Positions 1 through 7,073 of a DNA stretch of 37,606 bases are shown piece after piece (the stretch's first letter is position 1; each line of letters begins with the position of its first letter). The notes below the pieces were generated by a model. It was given only the letters and a program-made list of their open reading frames with translations. It was not told the origin of the DNA and ran no database searches. Made by a program: the position numbers and the translations under genes. The stretch comes from a virus, in IMG/VR virus record IMGVR_UViG_3300045988_011380, one strand, 5' to 3'.

Positions 1-55
1 GCGATGTACTCAAGGCGAAGATTGTACCGGCGCTTCTTTTCCTGTTTTTCGTTCA
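1..55. repeat. terminal direct repeat, copy 1 (exact match to 37552..37606); assembly-overlap signature of a circular or circularly permuted molecule
   Basis: Read directly: bases 1-55 (gcgatgtactcaagg...ttttcgttca) are identical to the last 55 bases of the window. Confidence 0.95.
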
Positions 56-724
56 CGATGTCAGCTCCTTCTCATATTTGCAGTTTTTCATATCGCAGCT
101 CTTTTTATCTGCGCACACGCTGCATCCGTGCTTCCGGGTGAACTCAGCGACATCCCGCTTTACTCTAGGTCTTCCTCGCTGACATCCGCAGGAGGTTACG
201 CCGCCGGAGCGGAGATTAAAGCCGGGGAGCGTCTTCTCCCTACCGCATTCGCAGACGCAATCGAACATTCCATGTCCGGCTTCCCGTGTTGCAACGATGT
301 TCTTCCGCAGAACTGTTAGCATACCAAACCGCTGCCCCGTAAGGTCGATCAGCCGCCCCTTGCCGCCTTTCTGCCCGCATCCGCACGTCTTCTTGTTCCC
401 CGTGGTGAGCTTGCGGCGTTCAACGGAAACCTCGTTCCCGCACGCGCACCGGCAGAGCCACAGCCCGGATTCTTCCTGCCGGATGACCGTCAGTTGCCCG
501 AACACTTCCCCGGTTAAGTCCCTGCCCCGTTTCCCGGAGTTCTCCCGCGCACAACCGCAGGACTTAACCGTGTTCCCGCGCAGCTGATAGCCGGGGAGGA
601 CTTTTTCCGTGCCGCAATCGCAGCGGCAGAGCCAGTACGAGCCGTTTCTTCCGGTGTGATCGAATCGGAGAACCGTTAGCCGGTTGAACCGCTGCCCGGT
701 TAGATCAATTCGTTGTTTCATCAC
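53..724 (-). CDS. triple zinc-ribbon repeat protein, function unknown
   Basis: 223-aa ORF made of three tandem ~60-aa units. Each has LTGxxFxxLTV ... (W/F)xCxCxCG ... (S/T)CGC, a four-Cys zinc-ribbon-like pattern. The stop at 53 lies inside the terminal overlap. Confidence 0.7.
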   Translation of the reverse strand: MMKQRIDLTGQRFNRLTVLRFDHTGRNGSYWLCRCDCGTEKVLPGYQLRGNTVKSCGCARENSGKRGRDLTGEVFGQLTVIRQEESGLWLCRCACGNEVSVERRKLTTGNKKTCGCGQKGGKGRLIDLTGQRFGMLTVLRKNIVATREAGHGMFDCVCECGREKTLPGFNLRSGGVTSCGCQRGRPRVKRDVAEFTRKHGCSVCADKKSCDMKNCKYEKELTS

Positions 725-1152
725 AGCCTCCTCTTTGCGTAGAGCGCCATCAATAGAGCCTCGGCACAGCCGTCATGCTCCTTGCGGCAGCCCGGCGGGA
801 TGAGATTCACGCCGGGGAACAGCCGCTTGCAGACCTCGATGGACGTGTTCTTGTCGGAGGTGACGGAAAATTCCTTCTTCCACTTCTGCGGGCGGACAAG
901 CTCATACGGAATGCAGTAGGCTTCGAGCATCCCTTGCAGCCAGCCGAAATTTTCACCGAAGTGGAACATCGAAACGCTGCCGTTCTTCGGCATGGCGCCG
1001 ACGTGCTCTAAGCAGCACACCGCCTTTTCCCCGCGCATATCGGACAGGACGCAGCGGTATGTGTCGCGGTCATACCGGAACGTCTGGACATTCTCCCCGC
1101 TCAGAATGGCAAGGCCGCCGTTCTTGCCGGGGTCTATGCCGATATAGATCAT
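721..1152 (-). CDS. RuvC-like Holliday junction resolvase
   Basis: 143-aa ORF starting MIYIGIDPGKNGG (RuvC/RNase-H-fold Asp motif). Its start overlaps the MTase stop (ATGA). It sits in the recombination module. Confidence 0.8.
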   Translation of the reverse strand: MIYIGIDPGKNGGLAILSGENVQTFRYDRDTYRCVLSDMRGEKAVCCLEHVGAMPKNGSVSMFHFGENFGWLQGMLEAYCIPYELVRPQKWKKEFSVTSDKNTSIEVCKRLFPGVNLIPPGCRKEHDGCAEALLMALYAKRRL

Positions 1153-2774
1153 GCTTTCTCGCCTCCGAAATGATGCTTTGTGACGGCAATAGCGAACGGC
1201 TCAATCTCCGACGCCCAAATCGCCGTTCCCTTGCCGTGGATGCTTTCCCAACACAGCGGAAACCCTCCGATGCCATCAAACAGGCTGCCGAGCGTCGCGC
1301 CCTCTGGCAAATACGCCGCCATCCGCTCGAACATCCAGCGCCAGAATGGGAGCGCGATGGAGTTTCCGAGCGCTTTGTATTTCGGCGCGTCTGCTTCCTT
1401 GTGTACGCGGCCTTTCTCGTCCGTCCAGTCGCCGATGCAGACCCATCCGTCCGGGAAGCCTTGAAGCCTTGTGCATTCCAACGGAGTAAGCCGACGAACG
1501 ACCATGCGCTCCATAACGTGCTGTTGTGTGCCGCCGCTCGCATGAGCTTTCAACGTGCCGAATTGGTCTATGTAAGCGTTTTTCTCGTCGTCGATGCCGA
1601 TAACAAGGTCGGTGGCATCTTTGGAATCTCTCTGTTTGCAGGAAGAGCTAATTTCATTCTCTTTGTAATCGCCGAAAGACTGCATGGAGAATGTCAGCGG
1701 GATCTGGTTTCCGCCGGTCCCCATTCTCGCCTGCAACGACATGGACACATCTCTACTCTCGCGTATCACGTCATTCGCGTGCGTCATATCGAAGATATAC
1801 GTCTGCTGCTTCATCCCCGGCTCTGCCGCCAACGCTCCTGCAACGCCGTGAAGATCGCGCACCTCGTCGCGCTGATTCTGGGCGAACGCCATGACGGCGG
1901 GACGATCAATCGTATTCAACGTATAGCTCACGTCCTCCGTCCAGCCCTTGCCATTGCATCCGGCGGTATCGGCACGGTCTATTCCGTTGCCCTGTAAGCA
2001 GAAGATCGTTTGGTCGTTTTCGGTTCTAAGCGTTCCGCTCTTCTCCGTCTGAACTAACGCGCCTTTTCCTCCGCCGTCACATCCCCCCCGGATGCGGACT
2101 GCATAAGCAGAACAGCTTTCAGCATCTCCGGCAATTTCTTCCCGCGCCGTTCCGCCCTCCGTAAGATCCCGGCGCACGCCTTCGGCGTAAGGTTGTACTT
2201 CGGGTCGGGATTCTCTTCCAGAATCTGCGACAACTTCGTGAGCACCAGAATCTTCGGCTCCTCCGAAACGTTCAAAGAGGATGTCCCCTGCGGTGAATCC
2301 GTTAAAATCGACCACCATGCTGATACGCCGTCTGCGCTGCGGCACTCCCCAGTATTGGGCATCGTGCGTCCGCCAAGCGACGCTCCATCCGTCGCCGACG
2401 ATCCCTCCGGCTTTTGTCCACTTCTGCTTGTTTGGCAATCGAGGAAGAGAAAAGGTTGGCTCTGTGATGCGAACAGCTTCTTCCAGCACGGCGGCGAAAT
2501 CCTCTCCTCCGTTGGAACTATAAGCGCCGGGGACGTTCTCCCATGCCATGTACCTCGGTCGAACAAGTTCATTTGTCCGTCCAATACTTCGTTCATGCTC
2601 TCTCATCTCCTTGACGATTCGTATCTGTTCCATGTACAAGCCGGAACGAGCGCCGGCAAGACCCGCACGTTTCCCCGCGATGCTCAAGTCCTGGCACGGG
2701 CTCCCGCCGGTGATGCACCAGACGGGAGAGATCTCCGCGCCGTTGATCTTTGTGATGTCTCCGACGTGCTTCAT
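1149..2774 (-). CDS. DNA (cytosine-5) methyltransferase, circularly permuted (motif order IV-VI-VIII-TRD-IX-X-I-II)
   Basis: Motifs in order: GGSPCQDLS (IV), ENVPG (VI), QRRRR (VIII), RRLTPLECTRLQGFPDGW (IX), GNSIALPF (X), then LFDGIGGFP (I) and WASEIEP (II) in the last ~55 aa. AAAGGAG lies 8 nt upstream of the ATG at 2774. Confidence 0.85.
   Translation of the reverse strand: MKHVGDITKINGAEISPVWCITGGSPCQDLSIAGKRAGLAGARSGLYMEQIRIVKEMREHERSIGRTNELVRPRYMAWENVPGAYSSNGGEDFAAVLEEAVRITEPTFSLPRLPNKQKWTKAGGIVGDGWSVAWRTHDAQYWGVPQRRRRISMVVDFNGFTAGDILFERFGGAEDSGAHEVVADSGRESRPEVQPYAEGVRRDLTEGGTAREEIAGDAESCSAYAVRIRGGCDGGGKGALVQTEKSGTLRTENDQTIFCLQGNGIDRADTAGCNGKGWTEDVSYTLNTIDRPAVMAFAQNQRDEVRDLHGVAGALAAEPGMKQQTYIFDMTHANDVIRESRDVSMSLQARMGTGGNQIPLTFSMQSFGDYKENEISSSCKQRDSKDATDLVIGIDDEKNAYIDQFGTLKAHASGGTQQHVMERMVVRRLTPLECTRLQGFPDGWVCIGDWTDEKGRVHKEADAPKYKALGNSIALPFWRWMFERMAAYLPEGATLGSLFDGIGGFPLCWESIHGKGTAIWASEIEPFAIAVTKHHFGGEKA
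2057..2268 (-). other. segment of the MTase gene whose native coding frame is +1 relative to the annotated ORF (3' part of alt-frame ORF 2054..2596)
   Basis: The alternate frame reads EEPKILVLTKLSQILEENPDPKYNLTPKACAGILRRAERRGKKLP, the element that normally follows motif VIII. Third-position G+C is 47/62 in the alternate frame versus 27/62 in the annotated frame (hand count). The segment is bounded by a T3 run (2266-2268) and a G7 run (2083-2089). Confidence 0.6.
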
Positions 2775-2778
2775 GCCG

Positions 2779-3531
2779 TCAACTCCTTTCGCCGATTTCT
2801 ACGCCCAGCATTTTGCCGAGCCGTTCACGGTCATCGCCTTTTGGCTGCTGCAAAGCAAGGAGCCGTTCAAGGCGGTCTAAGTCGTCGCCATGCGGCATAC
2901 GGGCAGGAGTGGGTTTCTTCGGCGCTTCCGGCTCGTCCTTGAGCGGGAAAACACCCTGCCAGCCTCGCTGGATGCTCTGGTTGAGTATGGCGATCTTCTT
3001 ATCGTCATCACCGGGGGCGAGCTTTTCCAGTTCGGAAATCGTCAAGGCAAGGGCGCGGTCGGTAAGCGGTTTGCGCATCTTTTTCCGCATTTCCGCAAAA
3101 TCGTTCAAAGCCACATCCAGCGCGGACGCGCCTTTATGTTTTTCCTCGGTAGAGGGAAAACATCTGTCTTTGTCTTTATCCTTGTCCTTGTCTTTATCCT
3201 TGTCCTTGTCCTTGTCATTGGCTTTTTTGGGTTTCTCACAAAAGGCTTGGGTTTTTTGGGTTTCTGAATTAACCGACGGCTTTTTCGGTCTGCCGCCTTT
3301 TTTTCCGTTTTCGGACTGCCGCGCACAGAAATCGTTATAGTTGCCCTTATCCCTATCTATCTGCCACTTCATCTGCGGAAAAACAAAACGCTCGTTCCCG
3401 CGGAGGTCGGGGACTTCGCCCGTGCTGCTGTAAGTAAGCAGCGCCGTGAAAAGCCGCCCGCGCTCCGCGTCGTTGAGTTGTTCAATCGCAGTAAGGTAGC
3501 TGTGATAGGCATTGAAGCTCTCTAATGCCAT
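2779..3531 (-). CDS. putative replisome organizer / DnaD-like replication protein with a (DK)n linker
   Basis: 250-aa ORF. The N-terminus (YHSYLTAIEQLNDAERGRLFTALLTY) and the C-terminus (KPLTDRAL...ILNQSIQRGWQGVF) resemble phage replisome-organizer/DnaD-like proteins (recognition from memory). It lies upstream of the SSB gene. Confidence 0.55.
   Translation of the reverse strand: MALESFNAYHSYLTAIEQLNDAERGRLFTALLTYSSTGEVPDLRGNERFVFPQMKWQIDRDKGNYNDFCARQSENGKKGGRPKKPSVNSETQKTQAFCEKPKKANDKDKDKDKDKDKDKDKDRCFPSTEEKHKGASALDVALNDFAEMRKKMRKPLTDRALALTISELEKLAPGDDDKKIAILNQSIQRGWQGVFPLKDEPEAPKKPTPARMPHGDDLDRLERLLALQQPKGDDRERLGKMLGVEIGERS
3166..3216. repeat. 17-codon GAC/GAT-AAG/AAA hexamer array containing an exact tandem 18-mer x2 (3172-3189, 3190-3207)
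   Basis: Read directly: gtctttatccttgtcctt occurs twice in tandem within (gtc ctt/ttt)n. It encodes DKDKDKDKDKDKDKDKD. Confidence 0.9.
3223..3265. repeat. exact 14-nt direct repeat ttttttgggtttct (3223-3236 and 3252-3265)
   Basis: Read directly; 29-nt pitch; adjacent to the hexamer array and to T-runs at 3281-3285 and 3298-3304. Confidence 0.85.
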
Positions 3532-3543
3532 TGTGCGCCTCCG

Positions 3544-3924
3544 TTAAAACGGGAGCTGTCCGTCATCCTCGACATCGGCGAGCTGTGCGCCGGTGGCCGC
3601 GTCCTTGGCCTTTCCCTTGCCGCCGCAGAACCAGACGTTATCCGTCATAACCTCTGCCGCCGTGCGGTTCGAGCCGTCCTTGGCGGTGTACTTCTGCATC
3701 TGCAAACGTCCGGCAACAAGAATCATATCGCCCTTGCTGAAATAGCTTTCGATGAACGCCGCCGTCGCCTTAAATGCAACGCAGTTGATGAAGTCTGTTT
3801 CTTCCCGGTTGAAGTCACGGTCAACGGCAAGCGTGAAACGGGCTACCTTGTCGTTTTTCGTTGTGAGCCGTATCTCCGGCTCCTTCGTGAGCCTCCCTTG
3901 CAAGAGGATTCTGTTCATAGCCAT
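3544..3924 (-). CDS. ssb: single-stranded DNA-binding protein
   Basis: 126-aa ORF with an OB-fold SSB pattern (NRILLQGRLTKEPEIR...FTLAV) and an acidic C-terminal tip DDGQLPF. AAAGGAA RBS lies 8 nt upstream. Confidence 0.9.
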   Translation of the reverse strand: MAMNRILLQGRLTKEPEIRLTTKNDKVARFTLAVDRDFNREETDFINCVAFKATAAFIESYFSKGDMILVAGRLQMQKYTAKDGSNRTAAEVMTDNVWFCGGKGKAKDAATGAQLADVEDDGQLPF

Positions 3925-4247
3925 TGGTTATATTCCTTTCTGTAAATGAGATTCTTCTCGTCCCATCCGGGATACAGGGCTTTGAGATAGTCCCGGCAGT
4001 AGTTCCCGATCTCCTGCCGCATCGTTGTTGTGCCGTTGTCGAAGGCATCATGGCAGAGGCGGCAGAGGGTGAGGATGTTTTCCTCGATACCCAATCCCCC
4101 GCGGGAACGGGGGATGTAATGGGCTTCCGGGAATGCGTAAATCGACTTGCAGTAGACGCAGCAGTGGTTGTCGCGCTCCCATACGCGCTTCTTCACCGCC
4201 GGGGAGATGGCGCACGCCTTAGCGCGTTTGCTTGAGATTCTTTTCAC
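3915..4247 (-). CDS. HNH endonuclease
   Basis: Motif: CCVYCKS...EAHYIPRSRGGLGIEENILTLCRLCHDAFDNG. I prefer the GTG at 4247, preceded by GGGAGGG, over the TTG at 4268 used in the ORF track. Confidence 0.8.
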   Translation of the reverse strand: MKRISSKRAKACAISPAVKKRVWERDNHCCVYCKSIYAFPEAHYIPRSRGGLGIEENILTLCRLCHDAFDNGTTTMRQEIGNYCRDYLKALYPGWDEKNLIYRKEYNQWL

Positions 4248-4752
4248 TCTTTCCCTCCCATTCGCCAAGCAGGGCGGCGAGCTTGTCCGGCGGCATGGTC
4301 TCGATGCCTACGGCTTTCGCGTCCTGAATCAAATTGTCTATAAGGCGGCTCATCTGCCGCGTATCAAAGGTGGACGAGCCGTAATAGAGGATCACGTTCA
4401 CGCAGCCGGGGAGCTTGGATATATCGTCCTCCGTCTGCCAGCCCAGCCCGCGGGATTCCCATATTTTCCGGAGCTGCGGCGCGGCTTCCGCTTTGATGCA
4501 CACGATTTCGGAGTTGCCCCCGACGTCGCGGACGGCATTGCGGTATACCTCCGTTTTCGACACGCCGGTAGCCGCCGCGAGCTTATCAATCAGAATCCAT
4601 GCATACGCATTGGAATCCAGACTTCGGAGGGACTTTTTTGCCTTGATCTCGTATTCCCCCGGCTGAAATGCATAAGCAAAATGCCGTGCGTCCACGTCGT
4701 AGGCTTTGAGCTTGAGATAGCCGTCCTCCCATACGGCGCTGTCGATCTTCAC
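4219..4752 (-). CDS. hypothetical protein of the recombination/replication module
   Basis: 177-aa ORF with a GTG start coupled to the upstream stop (GTGA). The sequence is protein-like; no motif recognised. Confidence 0.6.
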   Translation of the reverse strand: MKIDSAVWEDGYLKLKAYDVDARHFAYAFQPGEYEIKAKKSLRSLDSNAYAWILIDKLAAATGVSKTEVYRNAVRDVGGNSEIVCIKAEAAPQLRKIWESRGLGWQTEDDISKLPGCVNVILYYGSSTFDTRQMSRLIDNLIQDAKAVGIETMPPDKLAALLGEWEGKSEKNLKQTR

Positions 4753-5399
4753 ACCCGATCACCCGCGTCCTCGTGGTTAAGGGCTTTGGCTTCCTCTTCG
4801 AGCTTTTCAAGCTTGAATGCCGCCTTCTGACAGTCCGGACAGAGAATGCGGTCGAACCGGCGGAGGGAATATGCCGCAATGTCCTCCGGCTGCCAAAGCT
4901 CCCCGTCGCGTTTCTTCGTCGGCTGAATGGTCTTTGCGCAATCGGTGCATACCGGAGTAGGGAATACGTTCTTGCCGGGAAGCGCTTCATCCTTCGGCGC
5001 GGTCTTTTCTTCCTCCGGCAAATCTTCCCCGGCGTAGATGTACAAGCCGAGACCGTGACGGGCGACAGCCTTGGTAAGACTGCGCTGGATCGCCTTGTTT
5101 ACGTCAAAGCTCGTGACCTGTTCGACCGGGATGGAGCGGTTCTTGAAGTCCATAACGGGGAGGTATTCGATGTGCTCAACGTCGTTGACGGTAACGCCGG
5201 TCTTGACCCAGCACGTTTTCCCGTCGGTGTGATAGAAGAGACCGTCCGCGTTCTCGTAGATCGTGTAGGTCGCGTCGGGGTGCAGCTTCTTTACCTCGCC
5301 CCAAGCCCACGCCCACGAGAGGTAGGTAAGACCGTTCTTCTTTTCCGTCTTGCCGTTTACGTTAATATTGTTTAGCTCGACGAAATAGTTCTCGCTCAT
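4749..5399 (-). CDS. Rad52-like single-strand annealing protein (Sak/DUF1071-like) with a C-terminal zinc ribbon
   Basis: N-terminus LTYLSWAWAWGEVKKLHPDATY...LPVMD...GLGLYIYAGEDLP matches my memory of DUF1071/Sak recombinases. C-terminus has CTDC...CPDC. AAGGAGG RBS present. Confidence 0.65.
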   Translation of the reverse strand: MSENYFVELNNINVNGKTEKKNGLTYLSWAWAWGEVKKLHPDATYTIYENADGLFYHTDGKTCWVKTGVTVNDVEHIEYLPVMDFKNRSIPVEQVTSFDVNKAIQRSLTKAVARHGLGLYIYAGEDLPEEEKTAPKDEALPGKNVFPTPVCTDCAKTIQPTKKRDGELWQPEDIAAYSLRRFDRILCPDCQKAAFKLEKLEEEAKALNHEDAGDRV

Positions 5400-5668
5400 T
5401 CCGCCGCCTCCTTAACCTCCGCGAGCTTCTGCCGGAGGTCGGCAAGCTCGGCTTCCAGCTCCTTGATGCGCTTGCCCTTCTCGTAGGCTGCCGCGCCGTT
5501 GTTGATGGCGCGAGCCTCGGCTTTCTCCCGTTCCGCGTCCGCTTCGTAAAACGAGCGGATAAGATCGCGGTACTCGCTCGAGCGGATGGGAATGTAAATG
5601 TCCTCCGTCTCCTTGCGGTTCAGCTCGGCGGTAGCGTTGAGCATGATGCTGACTTTGCGTTCTTCCAT
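5396..5668 (-). CDS. small coiled-coil protein, unknown function
   Basis: 90-aa ORF with charged heptad-like sequence (KELEAELADLRQKLAEVKE). Start is coupled to the upstream stop (TAATG). Confidence 0.6.
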   Translation of the reverse strand: MEERKVSIMLNATAELNRKETEDIYIPIRSSEYRDLIRSFYEADAEREKAEARAINNGAAAYEKGKRIKELEAELADLRQKLAEVKEAAE

Positions 5669-5955
5669 TATTCGATGTCCTTTCCGTCAAATATTTCGTT
5701 CAGCGCCTTGATCTCCTCGGCGCTAAAATTACAAATGAGAAGCGCGTGGAATCGCTCGCGGAGGTTGTTTTCACAGTCGGAGCAGTAGAAGTCCGTGGTG
5801 AAGCGTCCGCAGAGTGGGCAGGAGATGCCGATGTCGATCTCCGACGAGCCGCACGAGGGACAGACCGGAACGCCCATTTGGGAATCGCAGAATCCGTAGT
5901 TGATGAACTTCGGGGTAAAATCCTCCGCGCCGCAATTCCGGCATTTATTCGGCAC
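5668..5955 (-). CDS. zinc-ribbon protein, unknown function
   Basis: CRNCG...CPSCG...CPLCG...CSDC. I place the start at GTG 5955, after GGAGGGAGGGG. The longer track ORF (to 6117) would overlap the upstream gene. Confidence 0.5.
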   Translation of the reverse strand: MPNKCRNCGAEDFTPKFINYGFCDSQMGVPVCPSCGSSEIDIGISCPLCGRFTTDFYCSDCENNLRERFHALLICNFSAEEIKALNEIFDGKDIE

Positions 5956-6358
5956 TTGACAGCTCCCCTCCCTCCGTGGTAGGATAATCACGGTTGTTAT
6001 TCCTGCTTGAAGCGCTGTCGGTGTCATCTTCACCGGCGGCGCTTTCGCTTTGTGCGAGCCACGCGAGAACAAGGGATTCAAGGAATGTCTGCATGGATGC
6101 GATGCCGTTTCTCTCAAGCGCTTGTTTAACGCGCTGTGCGGTGCTTTCGGCGAGGCGGCATTGCATTCTAAAGGTCTTGCGTCGCTTCTGGCTGTGGCGC
6201 TTCTGCTGCGTCACGGCGTCGTATATCTCCTGCGCTCTGGTGCAGAATTTGACGCCGTAGTCGCTCGTGTGGAGCGCCATGCTCACCGTGCCCTTATTGG
6301 CTTTCGGGAACTCTTCACGGAGCGCGGCGACGATGGCGGAATATCGCGTGTCGTTCAT
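5945..6358 (-). CDS. putative ribbon-helix-helix DNA-binding protein
   Basis: 137-aa ORF. The central FRMQCRLAESTAQRVKQALERNGIASMQTFLESLV looks like a CopG/Arc-type RHH. GGAGG RBS and ATGA coupling present. Confidence 0.5.
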   Translation of the reverse strand: MNDTRYSAIVAALREEFPKANKGTVSMALHTSDYGVKFCTRAQEIYDAVTQQKRHSQKRRKTFRMQCRLAESTAQRVKQALERNGIASMQTFLESLVLAWLAQSESAAGEDDTDSASSRNNNRDYPTTEGGELSSAE

Positions 6359-6660
6359 TCCGTGCCTCCATTCAGGGCGCTATAAATGACACGCGCCGTT
6401 TTTCCGATATAGTCGGCGTATGCCATTTCCACCCTTGCGCCGTGGCTGCGATGCCAGCCGGGCAGCGCCCGAAGCTCATCCGCTGTGTCGATCATCGCAA
6501 AGCAGATGCGCATATATGCGGCCTTGCTCATGCCCTCCGGCAGCTCGGCAGGATTCAGAACGATATGACCATCTGCTTCCAGTTTCGCCTTTGCCGCAGT
6601 GAACTGTATGCGGTATTCGGGATTGCCGGTGATCTTGCCGGCGAGAAGATAGATAATCAT
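6355..6660 (-). CDS. DUF4406-like (nucleoside 2-deoxyribosyltransferase-fold) protein
   Basis: Begins MIIYLLAGKITGNPEY...VLNPAELP...LPGWHRSHGARVEMAYA. Internal Met 20 of the track ORF is chosen because it is coupled to the upstream stop (TAATG). Confidence 0.6.
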   Translation of the reverse strand: MIIYLLAGKITGNPEYRIQFTAAKAKLEADGHIVLNPAELPEGMSKAAYMRICFAMIDTADELRALPGWHRSHGARVEMAYADYIGKTARVIYSALNGGTE

Positions 6661-6872
6661 TAGTGCCGTCCTCCTCTCTCCGTGATCTGCACGTCCGGGA
6701 GCTGCATCCAGCGGCAAGCATCATCCGCAAGGCTGGAAAAACCGTACAGGGCGAAGATGCCCTCGATCACGGCGAACCCGATTCCGGAGCCGAACCTCCA
6801 GATGAAGAAGATCACGGCGGAAAGGAGTGCCATGATCGCGGTGGTGGCGAACATCGCCTTTCGTTTTGTCAT
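6660..6872 (-). CDS. small two-TM membrane protein
   Basis: 70-aa ORF with two hydrophobic stretches (FATTAIMALLSAVIFFIW and IGFAVIEGIFALYGF). Confidence 0.55.
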   Translation of the reverse strand: MTKRKAMFATTAIMALLSAVIFFIWRFGSGIGFAVIEGIFALYGFSSLADDACRWMQLPDVQITERGGRH

Positions 6873-6881
6873 TCGTTATCC

Positions 6882-7073
6882 CTACTTTCTGCGGCGGTTG
6901 TATGCCAACCGTCGCTGTTTTTTTATCGTATCGACGGTGTAATCCATGATCACGTACCGTCCAGCCCGTGCGTCCCGCCGTGCGTTGCATCCGGCTTTGA
7001 ACTCCGCGTACCGGGGGCAGGATGCATGACAGCCGACGTGACGCTCGGCGCAGTCCTTACACGGGGCGATCAT
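6882..7073 (-). CDS. small Cys/His-rich protein
   Basis: 63-aa ORF with CKDC...HVGCHASC...C, then a basic tail. Confidence 0.5.
   Translation of the reverse strand: MIAPCKDCAERHVGCHASCPRYAEFKAGCNARRDARAGRYVIMDYTVDTIKKQRRLAYNRRRK

Noticed and set aside
1-55. 55-bp terminal repeat considered as a biological direct terminal repeat or an att site duplication
   Set aside because: It is an exact, short, k-mer-length overlap, and genes read continuously across the junction. An assembly artefact of a circular sequence is the simpler explanation.
2054-2596. Alt-frame 180-aa ORF considered as an independent nested (overprinted) gene
   Set aside because: Only its 3' third has native-looking codon structure, and that part is the missing TRD-entry element of the host MTase. 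Its 5' two-thirds overlap the strongly conserved motifs VI-VIII in the other frame. A frame-switch interpretation fits better, but the ORF is kept as an open alternative in the findings.
3166-3216. Hexamer array considered as a CRISPR-like or non-coding satellite
   Set aside because: The units are contiguous 6-nt/18-nt repeats with no spacers, and they lie in frame inside a coding gene. It is not a CRISPR array.
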